64,000 nt of DNA from contig CP066693.1 of assembly GCA_016432525.1 (NCBI GenBank), positions 416,815 through 480,814 on the forward strand. The letters run 5' to 3'. Position numbers and translations under genes: made by a program. Shown in pieces: positions 29,069-39,567 of this stretch. The DNA comes from Candidatus Woesebacteria bacterium. GTDB lineage: Bacteria; Patescibacteriota; Microgenomatia; UBA8517. Position 1 is the first letter of the stretch, and every line of letters starts with the position of its first letter. A model generated the notes under the pieces. That model did not search any database. It was given only the letters and a program-made list of their open reading frames with translations, and had not been told where the DNA came from.

Positions 29069-30140
29069 AATAACTATCTTCATTCTTCTGTTTTCTTTAG
29101 TTTTCCCGCTAAATTCAGTTAAAGCTGATGAAATAGTAATTACTGCAAATGGCGATTCCTCGAATAACCAAATAACAGTTAACTCAACTAGTGAGACGAA
29201 TGTTACTCAAACAAATGCAAATACAAGTGTTTCAAATAACGTAAATACTCAGGCAAATACTGGCTCAAATTCAGCAAGTCAGAACCAAGGAAATACTCAA
29301 ATCTCAACAGGAGATATTGTAAGTAAAACAGATGTTCAAAATAGCCTAAATACATCAGAAATAAAACCAACTGATTGTTGCAAAACTGGAGAAACAAAAG
29401 TAGAAATTACAAATAATAGCGCCAATTCTCAAAATACTGTGGATCAAAAAACAATAAACACAACAACTGTTTCAGTAACACAATCTGTAAACATTACAAC
29501 TAATATAACAGGAATTGCCAATACGGGTAATAATGTTTCAAATCAAAACGAGGGTAGTGTAAAAATAACAACAGGGGACATTAAAGTTAGCGAAAATCTC
29601 CAAAATGGCCCTGTTGCTTCCACCCAAATAAGTCTCTCTTCAAATCAAACAAAAACTGAAATAAAAATAGCCTCAAATAGCAACAATTCTCAAAATAAAA
29701 TTATAAATTCTAATACAAATAATACAAAAATTATTGATACCAAAAACGCAAATATCTTAAACAATTCAATCTGGATTCTAAATACTGGAGGGAATACGGG
29801 AAACAAAAATAATGGTGATGTAAAAATCACAACAGGCGATATAGATGCGCTTTTTAATATCAAAAATTATCAAATCAATTCCTCTGCGGTTAAAGAGGGC
29901 TGTTTGTGTAGTCAATCATACCCACCACCTGTAGATCCAGGAACCGGAGGAGTGTCTGATCCTTCAGATCCAGGATCAACTGCTAATAGTAGCTCACAAA
30001 ATTCAAGCTCAAACTCGAGCTCTGCTTCAAGCTCATCAGGCTCAGGTCCACAAATTTTGGGTTTAGCGTATACAAATGATATAATTCCCTCTCAAGTTGT
30101 ATGCGACGAGCCAAAATCCTATTACCAGCGTTTTTCTTGA
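29058..30140 (+). CDS. Repetitive surface protein (paralog of the two upstream)
   Basis: Signal peptide. ITANGDSSNNQ / NTGSNSASQNQGNTQISTGD modules. Ser-rich tail. Confidence 0.55.
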   Translation: MRNKITIFILLFSLVFPLNSVKADEIVITANGDSSNNQITVNSTSETNVTQTNANTSVSNNVNTQANTGSNSASQNQGNTQISTGDIVSKTDVQNSLNTSEIKPTDCCKTGETKVEITNNSANSQNTVDQKTINTTTVSVTQSVNITTNITGIANTGNNVSNQNEGSVKITTGDIKVSENLQNGPVASTQISLSSNQTKTEIKIASNSNNSQNKIINSNTNNTKIIDTKNANILNNSIWILNTGGNTGNKNNGDVKITTGDIDALFNIKNYQINSSAVKEGCLCSQSYPPPVDPGTGGVSDPSDPGSTANSSSQNSSSNSSSASSSSGSGPQILGLAYTNDIIPSQVVCDEPKSYYQRFS

Positions 30141-30622
30141 TTTTAGCCGCAACTCTCCTTTGCATAAAATTCAAAACTGAAAAAATTGAGGCAGCTCCAT
30201 CGGTTAGCGATCAAGTTATTGTCTCAAACGAAAAATATGAACCCGACCATATACGAATAAAAGATTTAAATATAAACATTGCAGTTCAGAAAGCCAAAAT
30301 TATAAGAGGTTATTGGGAAGTTTTTGACGACCGTGCAGGTTGGGGAGAAGGCTCATCTCTTCCAGGAAGCATAGGAAATGCAGTCATTTTTGCACATAAA
30401 AGAGCAGGCCTTTTTATAAATCTTGGTGAACTCTCTCCAGATATGCTTATCGAAATCCATTCAGGTCCAAATATTTACAGTTACAAAATGGTTAAAAAAT
30501 ATGAAGTTTCACCATCTGACACAAGTGTCGTCAAACCCACTCAAGATGAAACTCTCACACTCTTCACCTGCGCAGGCCCATTCGATACAAAACGCTTAGT
30601 TGTAGTCGCAAAAAGAGTTTAA
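30101..30622 (+). CDS. Sortase family transpeptidase
   Basis: N-terminal signal anchor, His in AVIFAHK, and catalytic TLFTC (TLxTC) motif. Confidence 0.75.
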   Translation: MRRAKILLPAFFLILAATLLCIKFKTEKIEAAPSVSDQVIVSNEKYEPDHIRIKDLNINIAVQKAKIIRGYWEVFDDRAGWGEGSSLPGSIGNAVIFAHKRAGLFINLGELSPDMLIEIHSGPNIYSYKMVKKYEVSPSDTSVVKPTQDETLTLFTCAGPFDTKRLVVVAKRV

Positions 30623-30655
30623 ACCTCATATAATAATATAAGGATCAATCTGCCC

Positions 30656-32335
30656 ATGAAGATAGCACCCGACCTTCTTAAAAAAATATTAGTTAGCTCT
30701 CACTATGTATCTGAAAAAGATTTTGACGATGCCTATGCCTCAGCTCAAGATTTAGGCCGCGACATAGACGATGTTCTAATTTTTAGAAATATCATTACAG
30801 AAGAAGCTCTCGGAAAGCTTATTGCAGATCATTTAAAAGTTCCCTATGTTCCAATTAGCCACGAAGTTATAAAAGATGAAATCTTAACTCTTGTCCCCGA
30901 AAAAATTGCCCGTTCTTATCGTATTGTTCCATTTGGACGCGAAGGAAACAAGCTGAAACTTGCGATGGAGGATCCAACCAATTTTGAAGCTTTAGAGTTT
31001 ACTCGTCGTCATACAAACTTAGAAGTTGAGCCTTACTATGCAACCCCAGATGAAATAAGAAAAGCTCTCGGTCAATACAAGAAAAATATTAAAGAAGAGT
31101 TCACAAAAGTAATCGAAGAAAGTATCAAAAAAGTTCCAACTCTCACTGATGATTTATCAAAAGCAGCCGAAAATTTACCAATCATAAAAATTCTAGATAC
31201 AGTTTTAGAATTTGCAGTTGCCGAACGTGCATCGGACGTCCATATAGAAAGCCAACTCGATTCAGTCATTATCCGTTATAGAATTGATGGAGTTTTAAGA
31301 GATATTATAAAACTTCCAAGAGGAATTGAAGCTGGCCTAGTTGCCCGTATAAAAATTCTTTCAAACTTAAAAATTGATGAACACAGAATCCCTCAGGATG
31401 GAAGATACAAGTTTGATATAGACGAAGACGTCATAGCCTTAAGAATTTCAATTATTCCGGGCTTTTATGGAGAAAATGTGGTCATGCGTCTACTTCCTGA
31501 GTCAGCCCGTCCTCTCTCTCTTAATGAATTAGGTCTAACTGGAATTAATCTTGATGTTGTTAAAGCAAATATGTATAGGCCCCACGGAATGTTACTTGTA
31601 ACAGGTCCAACAGGCTCTGGAAAAACTTCAACTCTTTATTCAATTTTAAATATTTTAAATACAGTAAAAGTCAAAATTTGCACAATTGAGGATCCAATTG
31701 AATATGGTATTCCGCGCGTTAATCAAATTCAAGTTAATCCAAAAGCAGGAATGGAATTTGCAACAGGCCTTAGAGCCCTGCTTCGTCACGATCCTAACAT
31801 AATAATGGTAGGAGAAATTAGAGACAAAGAAACAGCACAGATTGCAGTCAATGCAGCACTCACTGGGCACTTAGTTCTTTCAACTCTCCACACTAACGAT
31901 GCAGCCGGTGCAATACCAAGACTTTTAGATATGGGAGTCGAAGGATATCTTGTTGCCTCTACAACAAATGCCATAATTGCCCAAAGATTGGTTCGAAAAA
32001 TTTGTTCCGCCTGCATTACTGAGTATAGTCCGCCAATTGCAATTTGGGAAAAACTCGCAGCTGATGGTATCAAGCTAACCAATCAAAAATTTTTCAAAGG
32101 TAAAGGTTGTGCTGAGTGTAATTTTACAGGTTTTATGGGTCGCATTGGAATTTTCGAAGTCTTAAGTGTAAGTGAGACAATCCAAAAGCTTCTAACCCAA
32201 AAAATTGTAAGCGATCAAATTAGAGATGTAGCAGTAAAAGAAGGTATGGTTACAATAATGCAAGATGGTCTTGATAAAGTAGCATCAGGGCTGACAACCA
32301 TTGAAGAAGTTCTAAAAGCAGTTACAGAAAACTAA
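30656..32335 (+). CDS. pilB: Type IV pilus assembly ATPase PilB/GspE family
   Basis: Walker A GPTGSGKTST, Asp box, Walker B IIMVGEIRD, His box, tetracysteine CSAC...CAEC. Confidence 0.9.
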   Translation: MKIAPDLLKKILVSSHYVSEKDFDDAYASAQDLGRDIDDVLIFRNIITEEALGKLIADHLKVPYVPISHEVIKDEILTLVPEKIARSYRIVPFGREGNKLKLAMEDPTNFEALEFTRRHTNLEVEPYYATPDEIRKALGQYKKNIKEEFTKVIEESIKKVPTLTDDLSKAAENLPIIKILDTVLEFAVAERASDVHIESQLDSVIIRYRIDGVLRDIIKLPRGIEAGLVARIKILSNLKIDEHRIPQDGRYKFDIDEDVIALRISIIPGFYGENVVMRLLPESARPLSLNELGLTGINLDVVKANMYRPHGMLLVTGPTGSGKTSTLYSILNILNTVKVKICTIEDPIEYGIPRVNQIQVNPKAGMEFATGLRALLRHDPNIIMVGEIRDKETAQIAVNAALTGHLVLSTLHTNDAAGAIPRLLDMGVEGYLVASTTNAIIAQRLVRKICSACITEYSPPIAIWEKLAADGIKLTNQKFFKGKGCAECNFTGFMGRIGIFEVLSVSETIQKLLTQKIVSDQIRDVAVKEGMVTIMQDGLDKVASGLTTIEEVLKAVTEN

Positions 32336-32336
32336 A

Positions 32337-33566
32337 ATGCCGATTTTTTCGTACAAAGCCCAAGATCAAAAAGGAAAAATTGTTGAAGATACGATACAAG
32401 CTTCAGGAAGAGATGATGCCCTATCAGCACTCAAAGGAGCTCATCTTCAAGTTCTAACTCTAAAAGGCATAGATACAGGGGGAATTGTCATTGGAGGGAG
32501 AGGTTCGGTTTCAGTAGAAGAAAAAGCTGTTTTTTGTAGGTTTATGGCTACAATGCTTAGAGCTGGACTTTCAATTCCGGAGGCGATTGAAATATTACGC
32601 GCAGAAACAAAAAAACCCAAAATGAAAAAGATTCTTTCAGATCTCTCTTTTCAAACTCAAAAAGGAAAAAACTTGACATCGGTTCTTTCCGAATACAAAG
32701 AAGATTTTGATCCAGTTTTTCTTACAATGGTTCGTGTTGGAGAAGAATCAGGAACTCTAGAAAAATCATTTGAATATCTGGCAAAACAGTTAGCTGCCTC
32801 TCATGATTTAAACCAAAAAATAAAAGGGTCTTTAATGTATCCCGCAATAATAGTAGTAGCGATGATTGGAAATGGTGTTGTTATGACTTTTTTTGTTCTT
32901 CCAAAAATCGCAACAGCATTTTTAAAATTAGACGTTTCCCTGCCTCTTCCAACAAAAATAGTCCTTAATTTTGGTGCTTTTGTTGGGAGCCACATTCTTA
33001 TGTCAGCTATCGCAATGCTTGTTGCCTCAGCTCTCACTTTCCTTTTTTTCTATTTAAAACCAACCAGAAATTTAGTATTTAAAGTTATCAAAAGATTTCC
33101 AGTGCTTAAAAAAATCATCAATCAAATCGATATTGCCCGCTTTGCACGAACTCTTTCAACTCTACTTAAAAGTGGAGTTTTGATAACTGACGCCCTAGAT
33201 GTTACAGCTGATGCTTTAACCAACCCAGATTTCAAAAGAGAAGTAAAAGGTTTTAGTCTTGGAATTGAAAAAGGCGAAAGTCTTTCAAAAGTCCTCTCAA
33301 AAGTGGGTGATCTTTTTCCTCCAGTCATGCTTCAAACAATAAGAGCTGGGGAAAAGACAGGTACTTTGGATCAGACTTTAGATGAAATGGCAGTTTTTTA
33401 TGAAAGCGAAGTTGATTACGCTCTTAAAAGAGCAACCTCGCTTCTAGAGCCACTTTTGATGCTTTTTATAGGAATAGTAGTAGGAGTCATGGTTATCATT
33501 ATGATTGCACCAATTTACGGAGTTATCGGAAGTTTACAACAACAGGTAGGTAACCAAGGAAGATAA
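32337..33566 (+). CDS. pilC: Type IV pilus platform protein PilC/GspF family
   Basis: Two GspF repeats (LSIPEAIEIL.. / ..ITDALDV..) and three TM segments. Confidence 0.85.
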   Translation: MPIFSYKAQDQKGKIVEDTIQASGRDDALSALKGAHLQVLTLKGIDTGGIVIGGRGSVSVEEKAVFCRFMATMLRAGLSIPEAIEILRAETKKPKMKKILSDLSFQTQKGKNLTSVLSEYKEDFDPVFLTMVRVGEESGTLEKSFEYLAKQLAASHDLNQKIKGSLMYPAIIVVAMIGNGVVMTFFVLPKIATAFLKLDVSLPLPTKIVLNFGAFVGSHILMSAIAMLVASALTFLFFYLKPTRNLVFKVIKRFPVLKKIINQIDIARFARTLSTLLKSGVLITDALDVTADALTNPDFKREVKGFSLGIEKGESLSKVLSKVGDLFPPVMLQTIRAGEKTGTLDQTLDEMAVFYESEVDYALKRATSLLEPLLMLFIGIVVGVMVIIMIAPIYGVIGSLQQQVGNQGR

Positions 33567-33568
33567 AT

Positions 33569-34249
33569 ATGAAAAAATTTCTACCTTTATTAGTTCCAGT
33601 TTTGGCAGTTTTAAGTTTAATTCTTGTTCTTTTAGTTTTACCCAAAAACGAAACCTCTAAAAATCAAACCCAAGTTGATTCAATACAAATAACCGACCAA
33701 AAAACTGGTACAAAAATGACTTTCACAAGAGACGGCTTTGTCGAGTATCAAAATGGAAGTATCACAAAAACTCAGATTTGGGATCCAGCAAAAATTGCAA
33801 GTTTTTTTGAATATATTCAGAAAAACTTAAATAGCGCCACAGGGGAAAATGTTTTATTAACCATAAATGGCCAAACTTCATCTGGGAGTTTGGGCTCAAA
33901 TGATGAACTAATAAATACAGTTATAAACCAAATTTCAGGAGGAGGAGGCAATGGAGGGGGAAACCAGTCTTTCTTTTCAACCTCAACTCCAGTTCCCGCG
34001 GGATCGGGAAGTGGATCATCTAATCAAACCCCATCTCCAGGAGCTCCATCGTGGTGTATTCATTGGAGACTAAGTTATTGTGCGGACCAAATGGCTCCTC
34101 CTCCAACCTCAACTCCAGTTCCCGGTGGTGCAATTAACGCTACAGATTGTAGCCAGTGGAATAGCCAAAGCTCCTCTCAAACAACCTTAAGCGACTCAAA
34201 TTGCAATAAAACTACCCCAACACCTAACTCTAATCCTTATGGGTACTAG
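33569..34249 (+). CDS. Secreted hypothetical protein with Gly/Ser/Pro-rich regions
   Basis: N-terminal TM/signal. No prepilin motif. Confidence 0.4.
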   Translation: MKKFLPLLVPVLAVLSLILVLLVLPKNETSKNQTQVDSIQITDQKTGTKMTFTRDGFVEYQNGSITKTQIWDPAKIASFFEYIQKNLNSATGENVLLTINGQTSSGSLGSNDELINTVINQISGGGGNGGGNQSFFSTSTPVPAGSGSGSSNQTPSPGAPSWCIHWRLSYCADQMAPPPTSTPVPGGAINATDCSQWNSQSSSQTTLSDSNCNKTTPTPNSNPYGY

Positions 34250-34251
34250 TT

Positions 34252-35646
34252 TTACTGTTCACTCCAGCTAATAAATTGATAACTTGATGAAGTAGGAAAG
34301 TATGGGGGAGGAGCATACAAAATATTTGGATCATAATTTATAGTTCGTGTAGTGAATCCAGATTCGGGTGGACTATTAAAATTCCAATAAGATTTATTGT
34401 AAGAAATCAAAGCCCCGTTTATAGTCAAAGAATTCTTAACTGCCCCGGTACTAGTTCCCTGGCACCATGCTGCATAATCTCCTCTTATTACTTGTCCTCC
34501 TTGAGCCATCAAAACAGCATCAATTATAAAATTAGTGGGGATATTTCTCGTATATATAATATCGTTTTGTGCTATAAGTCCCAAAACACTAGTTCCATCC
34601 AGTGCTGGATATGTAATGTTATTAGGAATCCAAATATCAATATGGCTAGTCTGAACTGGAAATCCAGCTGCAACCACCTCAGTTCTTCCATTTACAACCC
34701 CTTCAACCCACAAATAGTCTTCAGAAAAAATAATTGGTTTATCAGATACATTATAAGTTCCAATTGTCTGCTCAGTAGAAATTGTTTCATTTCTTCTTCT
34801 ACATCCTCCTAAGTCATTTGCTCCCACGCCTCCATTTGGTAAATAACTATAAATAGAGCTCGTTGCAGTTACTTTTTTTACAGTGAAAGTTCCATTCGCA
34901 GCAAAAATTAAATGATAACCCAAGGCTCCCGATGGCCCTAAATAAAGACCTGATGATTGGGCAGCTGTCTTCATGTTCGCAAAATCAACAGAAACAGAAT
35001 TAAAATCTACCGAAGTTACCGGAAATTGCCACAAATTTGAATTTGGCCCTGATCCCCAAACTCCTGGCATTGTTTTCGAAGGCGAGCACCCAGTTTCAGT
35101 TCCACATGTATAAGTGGCAACAGCACTTTCAACAATACTATTATTCACTCCATCCATTCTTATTCCGTTATTCGAGTGCACTGCCCCATTGACTGTAATC
35201 CCGGATCCATACCAACTTGATGCATTCGATAAAAATAAATACTTTGCAAACGAAGGTTTTCCATATTGTGCGACAATAGTTCGCTTTATTGTAGGGTATC
35301 GATCGCTCCAACCTGTAGATTTTATTTTTACAATCGAAGAACCATTAACAGGAGCAGTTATATCAAGACTATATTTTCCAATTTCAGCTCCCTCAGGGTC
35401 TTTATAGGAATGAACATATGGGCCAGGATTGCCTGTTCCATCTTTAAAATCCGCTGGAGCATGTGCTAAATGCCATCTGTAATAATTTGCCCCAGCCTCA
35501 GCTATATCTATTGCCATTTCAGATCCAACTTGCCTATGAGAAAAATCAAGCTGGGTTGTCAACACATAAATAAGTCCATAAATGACTACGATAAAAGCTC
35601 CAGTTACAATCAACAATGCTGGTGTTATTGTTCCTTTATTTTTCAT
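34252..35646 (-). CDS. Pilus-associated large protein (possible minor pilin/adhesin), N-terminal TM
   Basis: 464 aa with an N-terminal hydrophobic helix. In an operon with pilin-like genes on the minus strand. Confidence 0.35.
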   Translation of the reverse strand: MKNKGTITPALLIVTGAFIVVIYGLIYVLTTQLDFSHRQVGSEMAIDIAEAGANYYRWHLAHAPADFKDGTGNPGPYVHSYKDPEGAEIGKYSLDITAPVNGSSIVKIKSTGWSDRYPTIKRTIVAQYGKPSFAKYLFLSNASSWYGSGITVNGAVHSNNGIRMDGVNNSIVESAVATYTCGTETGCSPSKTMPGVWGSGPNSNLWQFPVTSVDFNSVSVDFANMKTAAQSSGLYLGPSGALGYHLIFAANGTFTVKKVTATSSIYSYLPNGGVGANDLGGCRRRNETISTEQTIGTYNVSDKPIIFSEDYLWVEGVVNGRTEVVAAGFPVQTSHIDIWIPNNITYPALDGTSVLGLIAQNDIIYTRNIPTNFIIDAVLMAQGGQVIRGDYAAWCQGTSTGAVKNSLTINGALISYNKSYWNFNSPPESGFTTRTINYDPNILYAPPPYFPTSSSYQFISWSEQ

Positions 35647-36260
35647 AAATTATCTTTAAGGGTTCGAATCATTGCAGCAGAGTCCATTACATAATCATGA
35701 ATCGAATCGTTTGTAATTGTATTCACTCTTAAATATATTTTAACCATACGAATTGCAGATAAGTTAACAGGTGAACTCATTGGGTTATTAATAGCATCAG
35801 TTGGCCAATTTTTATTGTAATAAGAAAAAACAGGCGTTGCTCCATTTTGTATAGAATCAGCAACAGATCTTAACTGTTCATTAGCAGGTGGGTAAGTTAT
35901 CGGGTTACCTGATGGCTTTATTACTCCTTTCATTAAACTTGTTCCATTCATAAAATATCTAACTCTTTCGGTTTTCCCATCAGCATCAATGTCCGAATAA
36001 AAAGTAAGCGATGTATTGGTTGCAGATTCAATAACATAAGCTCCATTATCCCCATTTCTAGAAGTTCTAATTTCGCGAACCAGAGCGCTCACGTTACTAT
36101 TTGCATATTCGACTTTCAAAGACCCGTTATAAACTGCCACCTGGCTTTTACTTATAATATATTGAAGCCCAGCAATAGCTACCCCGATAACCACCATAAC
36201 AGTTAACCCAATAGAGAGCTCAATTAATGTAAATCCAGAATTTTTGTATTTCTTTTTCAT
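35643..36260 (-). CDS. Type IV pilin-like protein (prepilin N-terminal cleavage/methylation domain)
   Basis: KNSG|FTLIELSIGLTVMVVIGV class III signal. Confidence 0.7.
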   Translation of the reverse strand: MKKKYKNSGFTLIELSIGLTVMVVIGVAIAGLQYIISKSQVAVYNGSLKVEYANSNVSALVREIRTSRNGDNGAYVIESATNTSLTFYSDIDADGKTERVRYFMNGTSLMKGVIKPSGNPITYPPANEQLRSVADSIQNGATPVFSYYNKNWPTDAINNPMSSPVNLSAIRMVKIYLRVNTITNDSIHDYVMDSAAMIRTLKDNL

Positions 36261-37585
36261 TGTGGTGTCATTATTACTTTTTCAACACTGGATCCTATTA
36301 CATTTACGGTTCCTGAATAGTTTAAATATCCAGAAACAGTTGCTAAAAGCTGGTAAGTTACATTTTGCAAAGATGAGAAAAACGCTTGTCCAAAGTCAGG
36401 ATTCGTAGAAAGGCCAGATGAAGCAGTTGCTGTTAAAGCTCCAGTCGATATACTCGCAGAAACTGAAGAAATTGGGTTATTAGCTGGATCGGTAAATATC
36501 GTAAGTAAACTGTTTGAAGAGCTAGAAGTCAAAGAGAAAGAAAAAGGCAAAGTTGTATTTGCATTCAAAACTACTGGCAAAAGAGGATATGAACCTGAAA
36601 GATTATAAGAAGAATTAAGCGATGTAAATTGATAAGTATCCCACTCCATATTATTAAGTGTAAGGTTTCCGGATCCATCGGTCGTAAGTGTTTGATCATA
36701 TTTATAAACAGGTAACCCTTGAGAGTCAGTTCCAATTGTTTTACTTCCGCGAAGTCTGAATTGCTGTGAAGCTAAAGGAGAAAAACCACTTGCCCGGTCA
36801 TTTGTTGATTTCATCTGAAGAGTTGAAACACTATCAATTGCAAAACTTACTTGTGTAAGCTGAGATTGTAAAACACTTTGCCATGGTTTCGCAGGATTTA
36901 TTACTTCGGCAGTTGAGTATGTTCGATCAGTACTATAATTAGTTTTAGTAACAGTAATCTGATAACACGAATTGCAAGGCAGAGCACCAGGTAAAATCAC
37001 AAGACCGTTAATGTCAGTTGTAATAGTTAAATTAACCGGCGGATTAACAGAAGTTGCCACAATATTTACATTTGCCTGAGGCACAGCTTTCCCAGAAGAA
37101 TCAAACACAAGTATCATCAAAGTTCCCCCTCCATTTGTAGTTTCGACTCCATTTGGCGCAACATCAGTAATCAAGGTTATGGTATCTCCCCTTGATGCCC
37201 CGATTCCTCCCCAGCTCACATCAACTCTCACCCTTTTATAGTCAGTTGGTAATAAATCGTTAGGAGCAGTCCCATCAAAAGGATCATCAATATAAATAAT
37301 CGTAATTTTAACAGTGTAATTTAATCCATTTCTTGAAACAGTTAGGTTTTGAGGAAGAGTTCCACTTGGAATTCCACCCACAGTCCCAACACTGTTATAA
37401 GGAAGGTTTCGAATAGTTTCCATCTGCTCAGTTGCTATTTGTTTAGCGTTGGCCCGCGCATCAGTATAGGTAAGAGTTTCATACGAAGTAAGAACTAAAG
37501 ATATTATAGTCTGGGAAAGTATAGTCAAAAGTCCCATCGAAATAATAAGTCCAATATAAACCTGTCCCCTCAAGACTCTAGGCAT
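36257..37585 (-). CDS. Minor pilin-like protein (PilV-like N-terminus, degenerate)
   Basis: N-terminal hydrophobic helix similar to pilin N-termini but lacking the canonical G-F. Operonic with pilins. Confidence 0.35.
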   Translation of the reverse strand: MPRVLRGQVYIGLIISMGLLTILSQTIISLVLTSYETLTYTDARANAKQIATEQMETIRNLPYNSVGTVGGIPSGTLPQNLTVSRNGLNYTVKITIIYIDDPFDGTAPNDLLPTDYKRVRVDVSWGGIGASRGDTITLITDVAPNGVETTNGGGTLMILVFDSSGKAVPQANVNIVATSVNPPVNLTITTDINGLVILPGALPCNSCYQITVTKTNYSTDRTYSTAEVINPAKPWQSVLQSQLTQVSFAIDSVSTLQMKSTNDRASGFSPLASQQFRLRGSKTIGTDSQGLPVYKYDQTLTTDGSGNLTLNNMEWDTYQFTSLNSSYNLSGSYPLLPVVLNANTTLPFSFSLTSSSSNSLLTIFTDPANNPISSVSASISTGALTATASSGLSTNPDFGQAFFSSLQNVTYQLLATVSGYLNYSGTVNVIGSSVEKVIMTPQ

Positions 37586-37621
37586 TAATTAAGTATACTG
37601 TATAATGTAATTATCTGCCCT

Positions 37622-39046
37622 ATGTACAAAAAAAATTTTGTCTCAATTTCATTTTTCGATAAAGATATTCAAGTAGCAGAACTTGATTCAAGCAAGAAAA
37701 AAGTTTTAAAAGAAGGCTCGATCTTGCTTCCCGAGGGAATAATTCAGAACTCAAAAATTATAAATGAAGAATCCCTTGCCAAAGTTGTCTCACTAGGGCT
37801 TAAAAAACTAGACATTAAAGAAAAATCGGTTGGTATTGTTATTCACGAACTTACAACTTTCAATAAACTTCTCAAAATTCCAAAACTCTCAGATAAAGAA
37901 CTCGACGAAGCAGTCAGGTTTCGTTTTCAGGAATTTTATCCAGACACAAACCAAGAAATGGTTCTTGATTGGAAAATAGTGGGGGATTTAGGTTCACAAT
38001 ATGAAATTCTTGCACTTGCAGTTCCTTTAGACATACTAAAAAGCTTTATTGATCCACTAGAAAGTATTGGTCTTTTACCATTGGTAGTTGAAACTCCTTC
38101 AGTCTCAGTTTTAAGACTTTGCGATAAACAGACTGTGAAATTAATAATTTACAAAGGTTCTGAAAAAACTTTGCTTACATTTGCAGAAGGTCCAAAAATA
38201 GTTGCAACTTCAGTTGTGTCTTCTGATTCTCCCGATGGCTTTATAGTAAATACTTGTGATCAAATAATTAAACACTACTCAAATCTTTCTCTAGAAAAAA
38301 TCTATATTGCAGGAGTTGGTATCACTCAAAATTTTATAAGCCTGCTCTCAGAAACCTTCAAAAAACCAATCGAGGCTATAAAAATTCACGATATTAAAAA
38401 CAAATCAGAATCTGATTTACAAAAATATATGATTCCTTTCTCTTTGGCTCTTCATGATCCAACTGAGCCAAAAGATGAGTTCTCTATTAATCTTCTTCCT
38501 CCAAATTGGGTCAAAAAATATGAGGATATTCGATCATCGAATGAAATTTGGACTTTAACTCTTATTTCATCGGTCGTAATTTGGGCATGTTTTTTTGCAA
38601 GCGTAATTGCATTTGCTCTTCTCGCTTCAGAACAAGTAAATCTCCAAAAAGAAAAAGAGAAAACAGTTTCAAGCCTTCTGCCTCAAGACATAGTAGCTCA
38701 AATTCAGGAAATAAATTTTCTCTCAGAAAAAGTTATAAAAATTAAATCGGCAAGCGACGATCCAAACTCAGTAGTCAATAAAATTAATAAATTAAAACCC
38801 GACGACGTTCAAATTTCAGGCTATCATATAGACTTTGATGAAGCAAAAATTAATCTCACTGGAAAATCAACTAACTTAGCTTCCCTTATCAAATTTAAAC
38901 ACGATCTGGAATCAGACCCAGATTTTTCAGGAGTCGATGTTCCACTTTCAAGTTTAGGTTCTCAAACAAATCTCAATTTCAATATGAGTTTTAAATACAA
39001 AACAGGCGCTCAGATTCAAACACCAGGTAAAATAAATATACAATGA
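37622..39046 (+). CDS. pilM: PilM-like actin-fold protein fused to a PilN-like TM/periplasmic domain
   Basis: N-terminal PilM-like segment, internal TM (WTLTLISSVVIWACFFASVIAFALL), coiled coil after it. Confidence 0.55.
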   Translation: MYKKNFVSISFFDKDIQVAELDSSKKKVLKEGSILLPEGIIQNSKIINEESLAKVVSLGLKKLDIKEKSVGIVIHELTTFNKLLKIPKLSDKELDEAVRFRFQEFYPDTNQEMVLDWKIVGDLGSQYEILALAVPLDILKSFIDPLESIGLLPLVVETPSVSVLRLCDKQTVKLIIYKGSEKTLLTFAEGPKIVATSVVSSDSPDGFIVNTCDQIIKHYSNLSLEKIYIAGVGITQNFISLLSETFKKPIEAIKIHDIKNKSESDLQKYMIPFSLALHDPTEPKDEFSINLLPPNWVKKYEDIRSSNEIWTLTLISSVVIWACFFASVIAFALLASEQVNLQKEKEKTVSSLLPQDIVAQIQEINFLSEKVIKIKSASDDPNSVVNKINKLKPDDVQISGYHIDFDEAKINLTGKSTNLASLIKFKHDLESDPDFSGVDVPLSSLGSQTNLNFNMSFKYKTGAQIQTPGKINIQ

Positions 39047-39567
39047 AAATAAATTTCTTGAAAAAAACACCTCTTCTTTTGATAGGCGACATTTTGGCAA
39101 TCATAGCTTTAATAGTAATTTTTGTTAAGTTAGAGGGTATTGCTAATCAAATTCAAAAAACGAGAACAGAGCTTTTAAGATATACTCCTGTAAATACAGA
39201 AGCAGTCAAAACTGAACTTGAAAAAATCAAAGACCAAGAAAACATTTTAAAATCAACTTTTCCCAAAGAAATAGCTCTCGCTGATTTTATAAATAATGTC
39301 TCAAACCTTAAAAGTGATAATATTCTTAAAAATTTCTCTTTCCCTTCAGATGATGTAGTCAAAGACAAAACCGGTTTTTCAATCCTTCCAGTTATTTTCA
39401 ATTTTCAAGGAAGCATGGCTGATATTAATGCATCCCTCAAAAAATTAAACGGTTTGCCGTATTTAATAAGATCAGTTGATTACAAATTAACAATAAATGA
39501 AGCCTCAAATTCAGCCACTCTTGATTATGGAGGTTTCCTATACGCAGATGAAAACTTTAAAAATTGA
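39043..39567 (+). CDS. PilO-like pilus assembly protein
   Basis: 174 aa with an N-terminal TM then coiled coil. Position after pilM-N. Confidence 0.4.
   Translation: MKINFLKKTPLLLIGDILAIIALIVIFVKLEGIANQIQKTRTELLRYTPVNTEAVKTELEKIKDQENILKSTFPKEIALADFINNVSNLKSDNILKNFSFPSDDVVKDKTGFSILPVIFNFQGSMADINASLKKLNGLPYLIRSVDYKLTINEASNSATLDYGGFLYADENFKN

Noticed and set aside
25462-30140. Internal tandem repeats considered as a possible CRISPR or other non-coding repeat array
   Set aside because: The repeats lie within long uninterrupted ORFs with signal peptides, are degenerate at the DNA level, and have no repeat-spacer regularity.
30060-30180. Possible frameshift joining the third repetitive protein to the sortase N-terminus (hydrophobic LLPAFFLILAATLL resembles a sorting-signal helix)
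   Set aside because: The sortase frame has its own ATG. An N-terminal signal-anchor helix is normal for sortases, and there is no LPxTG-like motif upstream in the other frame.
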